21,977 nucleotides of DNA from Candidatus Thorarchaeota archaeon (GTDB lineage Archaea > Asgardarchaeota > Thorarchaeia > Thorarchaeales > Thorarchaeaceae). Below the pieces are notes generated by a model. That model had not been told where the DNA came from. It worked only from the letters and a program-made list of their open reading frames with translations, and searched no databases. Positions within the stretch are counted from its first letter, which is position 1; each line of letters begins with the position of its first letter. Positions 1 to 7,070 of the stretch are shown piece after piece. The stretch lies in the NCBI GenBank assembly GCA_029858305.1, contig JAOUFI010000035.1, positions 1 through 21,977 of the forward strand, written 5' to 3'. The position numbers were made by a program, and so were the translations under genes.

Positions 1-211
1 TTATAGTTTCAGAGTTGATCTGATGAATATTTCGCCACTCAAATTCCTTCCTTTCTCGCTCTAGAACTGAAACTACAATCGCGAGAGCTGATATACCATC
101 TGCATCAATGTGCGAGAATGCCATCACTCTTTTTGACTGCCTGACCGCCTTAGCAGCTTCCTTGAGAAGTGACAACATGGAGTTAGGTATCGATTCTAAT
201 ATTTCTTCCAT
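1..211 (-). CDS. DHH-family phosphoesterase (RecJ/GAN/Cdc45-like), N-terminal part; runs off the window
   Basis: Not in the ORF track. Manual translation from ATG 211 gives MEEILESIPNSMLSLLKEAAKAVRQSKRVMAFSHIDADGISALAIVVSVLERERKEFEWRNIHQINSETI. HIDADG is DHH motif I (HxDxDG). TTATAT box at 246-241 on the minus strand. Confidence 0.85.
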   Translation of the reverse strand, partial: MEEILESIPNSMLSLLKEAAKAVRQSKRVMAFSHIDADGISALAIVVSVLERERKEFEWRNIHQINSETI

Positions 212-285
212 AGCCTTCAATGGCTAATTGTTCATCCCTGATATAAGTAGGCCTCTCTGGCACACCGAGAATCGATTGAAAGCCT

Positions 286-654
286 CTAATCGGATACTCG
301 GAACACTCTGGATATTGCTAGGAATACTATGAGAAATAGACTTGCTACAGCTGCGAGTCCTTTGGCTACCTTTTGCCAGAGTTTCAAAGGGACTTCTTGA
401 TCCCTCAGTTCATTCTTGACCCTCTTCAAATATACGCGCCTTTCTGTGAACAGTTCATTTTGGTCATCATCTTTTGCCGAGAACTCTGACCAACTCAAAT
501 AGAGGGGGTACTGTGGATCAGTTTCTAGCCATTCCTGCCACAATTCAAGAATTTCACTTCTATGTGGTTCAGGAAATGCCTCAATTGTTTCTCGTACTGA
601 ATCTGAAATACTATCCATTGTCATTATGTTCGTGCACCCTGTGTTTCCCGGCAT
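286..654 (-). CDS. Hypothetical tail-anchored membrane protein
   Basis: Acidic, Trp-rich soluble part followed by a single C-terminal hydrophobic helix (GLAAVASLFLIVFLAI) flanked by basic residues. Start is ambiguous (ATG 654, 624 or 618). TTTATTA box at 688-682. Confidence 0.75.
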   Translation of the reverse strand: MPGNTGCTNIMTMDSISDSVRETIEAFPEPHRSEILELWQEWLETDPQYPLYLSWSEFSAKDDDQNELFTERRVYLKRVKNELRDQEVPLKLWQKVAKGLAAVASLFLIVFLAISRVFRVSD

Positions 655-663
655 AGGGTGTGC
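632..663. other. GC-rich inverted repeat/hairpin at the 5' end of the 286..654 gene
   Basis: CACCCTGTG (635-643) pairs with CATAGGGTG (652-660) around an 8-nt loop, with one imperfect pair. Confidence 0.45.
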
Positions 664-809
664 ATTTGCCGATTATTTTTCTAATAAATGTTGACGGAAT
701 TCAGTTCCACTAATATATTAGCGCGCGGAACAGATACTATCACCAATTATGAAGCCAACAGGCTATAAGTGAGCCCGATTAGGCATATTATGAGTTTTTT
801 TCGAAAGGC

Positions 810-1331
810 TTATCTCATCTTAGAGATTTCGCGGCCCCACTCTTTTATATCATCCCGTAGGCGTTGAAGGTCTACTGGACTTATTGTATCTATACGTCCA
901 TAGGTCTTTAGAATGCGTGTCCATCTCTGCATCTTTACTATTAGCGAGCCAGACAAGCCTTTGCTTTCCAACATGGATGCAGCATCATTAATTTTCTGTG
1001 AGAGATCACTAGCAATCGCTCCTTCTCGAACCTGCGTTTCAAGTGTGTCGAGGACCGCTTGGTGGGTGGAAATTGCACCCTTCTGTGCAATTGATGCGCC
1101 ACTGGGAGCCGTAGCAGGTCCTGCTTGCCTGATGTGTTTCACCGCTTCAAGAATTTCATCAAGTTTCTCAGAATTTGCATTAACTGTAAGTGCAAGATCC
1201 GATTGAGCATCTTGAACCTCAGTGATTTTTGAGATAACATCAATCATCCTGTTTAACATCTGGGTGAGTCTTTCAATAGCTCCATTTATTTCAGTCAGCT
1301 TTGCTCTCAGATAAGTGTCCTCTTCACTCAT
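810..1331 (-). CDS. Coiled-coil protein: SNARE-like heptad segment, Ala/Pro linker, C-terminal helical domain
   Basis: Probable start ATG 1331 (MSEED); the ORF track extends to 1370. About 60 residues of continuous heptads, linker QAGPATAPSGAS, then amphipathic helices. No TM segment. Confidence 0.8.
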   Translation of the reverse strand: MSEEDTYLRAKLTEINGAIERLTQMLNRMIDVISKITEVQDAQSDLALTVNANSEKLDEILEAVKHIRQAGPATAPSGASIAQKGAISTHQAVLDTLETQVREGAIASDLSQKINDAASMLESKGLSGSLIVKMQRWTRILKTYGRIDTISPVDLQRLRDDIKEWGREISKMR

Positions 1332-1512
1332 GATACTTCCACTCTTATGGACTGTGTCTGGCATACTCAATATCTCAGACGCAGTAAGTTATCAGAAGAT
1401 TAAGCTTTCTGTGTTATGCACTCTGATGATATTCCAAATATTGTCCATAACCTAATACCTATATTAGCCATCACAGACTCGGGAAGCAATTGGTTACCAT
1501 TCATTATTGAGG

Positions 1513-1526
1513 TACGGAGGTCCGTA
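1513..1526 (+). promoter_or_regulatory. Palindrome TACGGA-GG-TCCGTA overlapping the cupin RBS (GGAGGT 1516-1521)
   Basis: Perfect 6-bp inverted repeat with a 2-nt spacer, ending 6 nt before ATG 1533. Confidence 0.45.
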
Positions 1527-1532
1527 AAAGTC

Positions 1533-1880
1533 ATGTATGTTGTTAATTTCAATGAACGTGATATCACTAACGTTGATTTGCCTGGAGCAAAAAATGCCAC
1601 TGTGCGTTGGCTCATTGGCACACGTACAGGAGCTTTGAACTATGCTATGCGCCTTTTTGAAATTGCACCAGGGGGAATTGTTCCACTGCACAGTCATGAA
1701 GAAGAACATCAGATCTTTGTTCTCAAGGGGAAGGCGAAATTAATCGGTGAATTAGAAGGGTATGCCAAGAAAGATGATGTGGTCTTTGTTCCCCCTAACG
1801 AACCGCATGGATACGACAACACAGAGGGAACTGAGGTTTTTCGTTTTATTTGCGTAATCCCTCTTCTCAATAAGAAATAA
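1533..1880 (+). CDS. Cupin domain protein (single cupin_2 barrel)
   Basis: Metal motifs PGGIVPLHSHEEEHQIFVLKG and DVVFVPPNEPHGYDN. Start moved from 1416 to ATG 1533 behind GGAGGT. Confidence 0.92.
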   Translation: MYVVNFNERDITNVDLPGAKNATVRWLIGTRTGALNYAMRLFEIAPGGIVPLHSHEEEHQIFVLKGKAKLIGELEGYAKKDDVVFVPPNEPHGYDNTEGTEVFRFICVIPLLNKK

Positions 1881-1952
1881 TCCGCTCCTGGAATTGAGAG
1901 TAGGTATATTTTTCTCTCTTAATATTGAAAGACAACAAAGGAAGCTGGTTTA

Positions 1953-2759
1953 ATGGACCTAAGCAAAAAGAAGCTCTGGATATTTGATGTCGATAACACG
2001 CTCATTCTTGATGTTGAACATCCTACGCCTTTCAAGGATGCTCTAAGGTTGTGGAAGGTGCTTGAGCAAAAAGATGTCACTCTAGCAATCTTGACCAATG
2101 TTGGAAGGCTCTCTAGTAGACAGGTCCATCAAGCTGTAGAACTGGGTGGATTTCATCTTCCTGTTGAAAATGTATTTACTGCTGGCGCTGCTGCAGCGGC
2201 TTATATACATAACAGAGTCCCTGGTGCACGATGTTTTGTCATTGGCGAAGGGGGAGCTCAGGAGGATTTTGTTGCCAGAGGTCTTGATGTTACTAATAAT
2301 CCTCCTATAGACTATGTCGCAGTTGCAGCTGATAGAGGCATGACATTTAGCGAACTCAATTTTGCCACAAAAATGGTTAAGCAGGGAGCAGGTCTCATAT
2401 GTATTAGTGGTAGTCTTGATTATCCTGGAGTCTATCTTGGTCAGGAAGATGTCTACATTGGTGAACGTTCAATTGTAGCAGCAATAGAACATGCTACTGG
2501 GATTGAGTCTGTTGTTGTTGGCAAGCCGCTGCCTGAAATTGTGGTTGAAACTGTAAAAGTATTGGGATTTGAAATATCCGAGTCAGTTATAGTGGGTGAT
2601 AATCCACAATCAGATGTCGCCGGCGGGAATGCAGCTGGATTGATGACAATACTTGTGAAACGAAATCCCAATGATATTGTAAACTTTGAATCTGGAACAC
2701 TCGATACAAACCCAACAATGTCTGTAGAATCATTGGATGATGTCATCCGGTTTGTCTAG
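1953..2759 (+). CDS. HAD-superfamily subfamily IIA phosphatase (NagD-like)
   Basis: Motif I FDVDNT, motif II LTN, motif III VGKP, motif IV VGDNPQSDV.GG..AG. TTAATATT box at 1919-1926. Confidence 0.92.
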   Translation: MDLSKKKLWIFDVDNTLILDVEHPTPFKDALRLWKVLEQKDVTLAILTNVGRLSSRQVHQAVELGGFHLPVENVFTAGAAAAAYIHNRVPGARCFVIGEGGAQEDFVARGLDVTNNPPIDYVAVAADRGMTFSELNFATKMVKQGAGLICISGSLDYPGVYLGQEDVYIGERSIVAAIEHATGIESVVVGKPLPEIVVETVKVLGFEISESVIVGDNPQSDVAGGNAAGLMTILVKRNPNDIVNFESGTLDTNPTMSVESLDDVIRFV

Positions 2760-2806
2760 ATATTCTTGTCACAACACTCAAAGCCCTCGATTGAGGTTGT
2801 TAAATT

Positions 2807-3493
2807 ATGAATTCTAGGACTTCGATCAGATTTGAAACTAGCCCTTCTGGAACAAGTATAGTTGTGATTGAACTTCATAATCTAAATCTGAATAAATCTA
2901 GTAAAGCCTTTGAAGAGTATGAACACTCTCTATTCCAACAAATTCGCTCAAACAACGAATTGCTTGACCTCGGATCTGAACCGTTAATCAAATCATATCG
3001 TGCGTTGCATTGGGCCTTCGGAATTGACCCGACTAAGAAACGCGTATCAAGTGAAGCAGTGCTGCGTCGAGTTTTACAGGGAGAGAATCTCTGGCGAATC
3101 TCTGATCTAGTGGATGTTGTAAACCTAGCCTCTGCATATCACAAGATTCCAATCGGTCTCATAGATGCCGCTAAAATATCAGGACAACTGGTACTTCGAC
3201 AAGCTAGATCTGGAGAAGTATTTGTGAGAATAGGTGGTGAGGAATTGGAGTGTCGTGGGCGAGAATTGGTTTTGGCGGATGATAAAGGTATTATTTGTTA
3301 TGGATTTGCCATTCACGACTCCGATCGCACAAAAGTCACAAAAAAGAGTAAACAGGTTATCTTGCTACTTTATGGCGCTCCTGATGCAACAAAAGAGATT
3401 ATGGACGAAGCCACTAATTTCACACTGAATATGGTAAAACAGTGGGTCGACTGCACAGCCTCTGAACCTATCAGATATGTATCTCCAGGTTAA
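2807..3493 (+). CDS. Free-standing B3/4 (PheRS-beta editing-like) domain protein
   Basis: Signature YR..HWAFGIDPTKKRVSSEAVLRR...ISDLVDVVNLASAYHKIPIGLID...ELVLADDKG...DSDRTKVT. RBS GAGGT upstream. Confidence 0.88.
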   Translation: MNSRTSIRFETSPSGTSIVVIELHNLNLNKSSKAFEEYEHSLFQQIRSNNELLDLGSEPLIKSYRALHWAFGIDPTKKRVSSEAVLRRVLQGENLWRISDLVDVVNLASAYHKIPIGLIDAAKISGQLVLRQARSGEVFVRIGGEELECRGRELVLADDKGIICYGFAIHDSDRTKVTKKSKQVILLLYGAPDATKEIMDEATNFTLNMVKQWVDCTASEPIRYVSPG

Positions 3494-5460
3494 AACTCTA
3501 GGAACGGCTCACCTAGCACGATGCGTTCTAGGAAGTTGTTCCTATTTGCCTTCTTGACAAGTTGCTCGAATCTCTTTCTCAAACGCTCCTCATCTACGTA
3601 GTCTGGTTCCTTCACGCCCATGCTTTCAATGACTTTCAGGAGCATGAAATTAAAGTCGTAGACCAGGTATTCATCTTTCTGAGTCTTTCCTTTCTTCTGA
3701 ATCTCTTTCTTGATCTTTTTAGCAAGACCTTGCTTCTGTGCTTCTCTAGTTTCAGTGAGGTAGAAAGACATGGATTTCTCAAAATGCAGTTCTCCTCGTT
3801 TAACTAGTTCCCTAAGAAACTCGAGACCGAATGTGGTCTTTGCAATTGCCTCTATTCTAGCGATGAAAGCATTGATCAAATCATCATAAGAAACCCTTCC
3901 TGCTTGACCGCGCGTATCGAAGACCTTCTCAGTGTCAGCAGCAGCTTTGAACTTCTGTTTCTTTTCCTGTAGTAATCGTTCTCTTTCTAGCTGAGCTGCC
4001 TCCTCTGCTTTTGCGCGTTCTTTCTCGAGTTTTATCCTCTCAGCTTCTTTACGTGCAGCTTCCTCAGCTTTGTATTTTTCACGTTCTGCAGCTTCCATCT
4101 CAGCAAGTTTTCGCTGCTCAGCAGCTAGTCGCTCTTCTTCAAGTTTCTTGAGAATCCTAGCCTGTTCAGCTACTAGTTTTTGCATATGCATTTGAACATC
4201 TTTTTCTGTGAGAGTGACATGATTGGTGAGTAACCACCGAACACTGATATGATTGACCTTTGGTTTGAGGTCTGCTGATGAGAAGATGAAATTCGCAGTC
4301 TGCTGTCCTGGCAATTGAGTGATAATCTCTTCAGACTCCTTTTCTCCAGCAATGGGCTCTAGAATTCTCTCAAGAACTTTGAGGGACTGCTCACTGCTAA
4401 TGCGACCCGTGGATATCGTGTTAAACTGTTCAAATGCCTTATAGTCAATATCCTTTGGGCTCTGTGTAGCTATCAAACACTCGATACCATACTTTCTCGC
4501 TTGCCTGAATAGTAGCAAGAAAGTCTCTTTTGGACCAGGTGACAGCATTCCTGCAGGGATGAACGGTGCAGCTTCGTCCTGAAATATCATCATTCGTGGT
4601 TTTTCGGTATAGCCTTGTCTCAACATCCATGAATATAACTGATTCAAGACAATAGAGATGAAGAAATGTTTCTCTTCCTCACTTCTCAACGTCTTTAGGA
4701 AGATGACATTGATAGGAGTCTTTCCGTTTACTGGTCTTGTTAAATCATCAAAATTAATCTCGCCTTCTTCTTTGAATAAGAGTTGTGAGGAACCAACAGT
4801 CAAGCTTCGGATACGTGTCGCTAGCGTCTGCCGTTCTGAAAACTTCATGAAAGGTTCTAAATCTACTCCAACCTCTTCAGGTGCTCCTGTGAGCATGTCA
4901 GCGAGTTCTGCAAGACCTTTAATCTCAGTTTTTTCATTCTCCCAAATGGTCCTTAACAACTCGTAGATTGCTGCAAATGCTTTTCCCTCCCAGGATCTTG
5001 AAAGACCTGAAACCTTCATGAGTACTTTTACCAAGGTACGCGCAGAATTATCAAGTAGTCGAATAATATCATCTTGGTCTGCTTTTCTATCTGGGAGTTT
5101 TAGTGGATTGATTGATATTGCGAGACCCTTGCTGCTTGCTGGAGTGTAGACTCTCACAATTACTTTGTCCATGTACTCCTTCAATCTTTCTGGTGGAACG
5201 CCTTTCTCTGAAAGCTGCTTGGGATCTCCTGGAAGCATCAAAGAAGCAATATCTCCCTGAGGGTCAAAAGCAAGAATTGGAATTCCTTGCATTGCTGCCT
5301 CTTCTAGAATGCATTTTGAAAGAACTGTCTTGCCTGAGCCTGTAGAGCCAAAGACACCTCCGTGCCTTCGCAGGAGGTCTACACTTATCTCGAATTTGTC
5401 ACTAGTTGGCTTTCCTTCGTTATCAAGTTTGTATCCAAGCCAGAGTTTTCCGTCTCCCAT
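3490..5460 (-). CDS. HerA/FtsK-superfamily P-loop ATPase (DUF87/DUF853-like) with a charged-helix linker and C-terminal domain
   Basis: RHGGVFGSTGSGKT (Walker A), FDPQGD, MIFQDEA (Walker B), RQARKYG (Arg finger), ATQSP. E/K/R/A-rich helix at about 3938-4185. Start ATG 5460 (alternative GTG 5472). Confidence 0.9.
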   Translation of the reverse strand: MGDGKLWLGYKLDNEGKPTSDKFEISVDLLRRHGGVFGSTGSGKTVLSKCILEEAAMQGIPILAFDPQGDIASLMLPGDPKQLSEKGVPPERLKEYMDKVIVRVYTPASSKGLAISINPLKLPDRKADQDDIIRLLDNSARTLVKVLMKVSGLSRSWEGKAFAAIYELLRTIWENEKTEIKGLAELADMLTGAPEEVGVDLEPFMKFSERQTLATRIRSLTVGSSQLLFKEEGEINFDDLTRPVNGKTPINVIFLKTLRSEEEKHFFISIVLNQLYSWMLRQGYTEKPRMMIFQDEAAPFIPAGMLSPGPKETFLLLFRQARKYGIECLIATQSPKDIDYKAFEQFNTISTGRISSEQSLKVLERILEPIAGEKESEEIITQLPGQQTANFIFSSADLKPKVNHISVRWLLTNHVTLTEKDVQMHMQKLVAEQARILKKLEEERLAAEQRKLAEMEAAEREKYKAEEAARKEAERIKLEKERAKAEEAAQLERERLLQEKKQKFKAAADTEKVFDTRGQAGRVSYDDLINAFIARIEAIAKTTFGLEFLRELVKRGELHFEKSMSFYLTETREAQKQGLAKKIKKEIQKKGKTQKDEYLVYDFNFMLLKVIESMGVKEPDYVDEERLRKRFEQLVKKANRNNFLERIVLGEPFLEF

Positions 5461-5539
5461 ATCAAACACCAAACACAGCCATATCTATCTCTCAATGTTA
5501 AGAGCCTTTCCAGTATATGTAATTCTACAAATATCTTAT

Positions 5540-5574
5540 GAAATGAAAAGGAATGGATGGAGAACCATCCATCC
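5540..5574 (-). terminator. Hairpin plus T-rich tract downstream of the 6-TM gene
   Basis: The minus strand reads GGATGGATGG-TTCT-CCATCCATTC-CTTTTCATTTC. Perfect 8-bp stem 5553-5560/5565-5572, beginning about 14 nt after the stop at 5588. Confidence 0.55.
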
Positions 5575-5587
5575 ATACACTCTGCGA

Positions 5588-6205
5588 TTATTCACCGACT
5601 GGTTCATAACGTCTTCCAAGGAAGATAACTATTAGAACTACCAGAGCCGCCGCGAATACCATCAGTACGCCAGCCGCCCAGCTGTAATCAAGGTTGTCTT
5701 TGACAATGCTCATCAAGAGGTATGCCCCTGCCATGATTACTCCTAGTACTAGTGAAATCAGCATAAACCTAGACGTCATCTCTTTGATTTGTCCGGTTTC
5801 TGCTCCTTCAGAGATTCTACTTCCGAAAAAGACAAACACGAACAAGAAGATATAGGCGATGACAATCATGGTACCCATATCAAATAGATAGCCCTGAATG
5901 ACATCATCTACCCCTATTCCTGCTAAGAGTCCATATACAAGAAGGGTTGCAAGAGCATGGATATATACGAGCATATTCGATATCATCTTGTCATCAGGAT
6001 GAACAAATCCAGTCATCTCAGTGAAAGTGTTTATCACACTTATGATCAACACCACTACTAGAAATCCTAGTGCTACTAGCCAGATGTAGAACGGATATAG
6101 TACTTGACCTGGTTGAGTCGCAATCCACTTTACTACTATCGTGAAAGCAAGTGATGCCAATCCGAGTCCTGAGAGAAAGTTTCCAATTGTAGTTAACCTA
6201 ACCAT
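5588..6205 (-). CDS. Hypothetical integral membrane protein, about 6 TM helices
   Basis: Six hydrophobic segments of about 20 aa with short loops (polar loop FTEMTGFVHPDDK). Purine-rich RBS GGGAGAG upstream. Confidence 0.85.
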   Translation of the reverse strand: MVRLTTIGNFLSGLGLASLAFTIVVKWIATQPGQVLYPFYIWLVALGFLVVVLIISVINTFTEMTGFVHPDDKMISNMLVYIHALATLLVYGLLAGIGVDDVIQGYLFDMGTMIVIAYIFLFVFVFFGSRISEGAETGQIKEMTSRFMLISLVLGVIMAGAYLLMSIVKDNLDYSWAAGVLMVFAAALVVLIVIFLGRRYEPVGE

Positions 6206-6341
6206 AATTCTCTCTCCCTTAAGGTGGAGTATCTGAAGCGATTCAAGTCGCAGTTTCTATTAACTCTTGTCATGGTTCAGCTTCATCCTCAGAAGAAACT
6301 CTATATTCCTTCAAATGCATGATACGTTGAGGGTGAATTGC

Positions 6342-7043
6342 TTGTATGAGCCAGATTCAGATAGACTTCTGGTGAAGAAGGATAATCTTGCTAGGTGTTC
6401 TTGGTGCGGTACTCCAGAGAGCCCCAAGTGGATGACCTCTGAAAAGGGAGAGATATTCTGCTCATCTGAATGTGAATTGGCAAAGTACTCCTCAAGGTCT
6501 TTTAATGGAGGATTTCTTCTCGCTATTTCGAGCTGCATAATCATACTCATTCCAATTATCGCAATGTTTCGTTTTCCAGTCCCATCCGGTCAGATTATCC
6601 CAACGAGTCAATTTGGTAGCGTCGCAGGCTGGATACTATCTGGCTTCCTTCTTCTCATTACTGGCATCGGGACAATGATTCGTGGTTATGAAGGCCAGAA
6701 GTATAGGGATCGAAAGGACAAATACAGGAATGTCACCTTACTTCAGTGCGAATACTGCGCACAGATTAATCCTCCAAATGTCATGAGGTGCAAATATTGC
6801 GGAGCATCCCTGACAAAGGCTCCATTCAGATACGAAACAACTCCTCCATGGATTCGCAATGAAATGTATCTCGGAAGATTCAGGTGCCCTCATTGCAGTT
6901 CTATATATTCCTATAATGTATCGAAGATAGAAAACGATGGTTCGATTAAATGCCAGAATTGCGGAAAGCCATTTGCTCCTCCTGTGACATATGCTCAATG
7001 GCATGAGCCAACAGTCGAATCCTCTCTTTATGCAGATGTCTAA
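6342..7043 (+). CDS. Membrane protein with multiple zinc fingers (TRASH/MYM-like finger, 2 TM, two Zn ribbons)
   Basis: CSWC...FCSSEC, two TM helices, CEYC/CKYC, CPHC/CQNC. Probable start TTG 6342 after GAGGGTGA (alternatives ATG 6315, TTG 6267). Confidence 0.8.
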   Translation: MYEPDSDRLLVKKDNLARCSWCGTPESPKWMTSEKGEIFCSSECELAKYSSRSFNGGFLLAISSCIIILIPIIAMFRFPVPSGQIIPTSQFGSVAGWILSGFLLLITGIGTMIRGYEGQKYRDRKDKYRNVTLLQCEYCAQINPPNVMRCKYCGASLTKAPFRYETTPPWIRNEMYLGRFRCPHCSSIYSYNVSKIENDGSIKCQNCGKPFAPPVTYAQWHEPTVESSLYADV

Positions 7044-7070
7044 GCTATTGCTTTAAAATTCAGTAATCTT

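Noticed and set aside
722-801. Possible small plus-strand RNA between the TATA-like 711-718 and the T7 tract 795-801
   Set aside because: No canonical C/D boxes, tRNA fold or strong stem; unsupported without transcript data.
3490-5460. Calling the ATPase canonical herA or part of a defence system
   Set aside because: No nurA/mre11/rad50, Sir2 or nuclease partner is adjacent, and the C-terminus is atypical.
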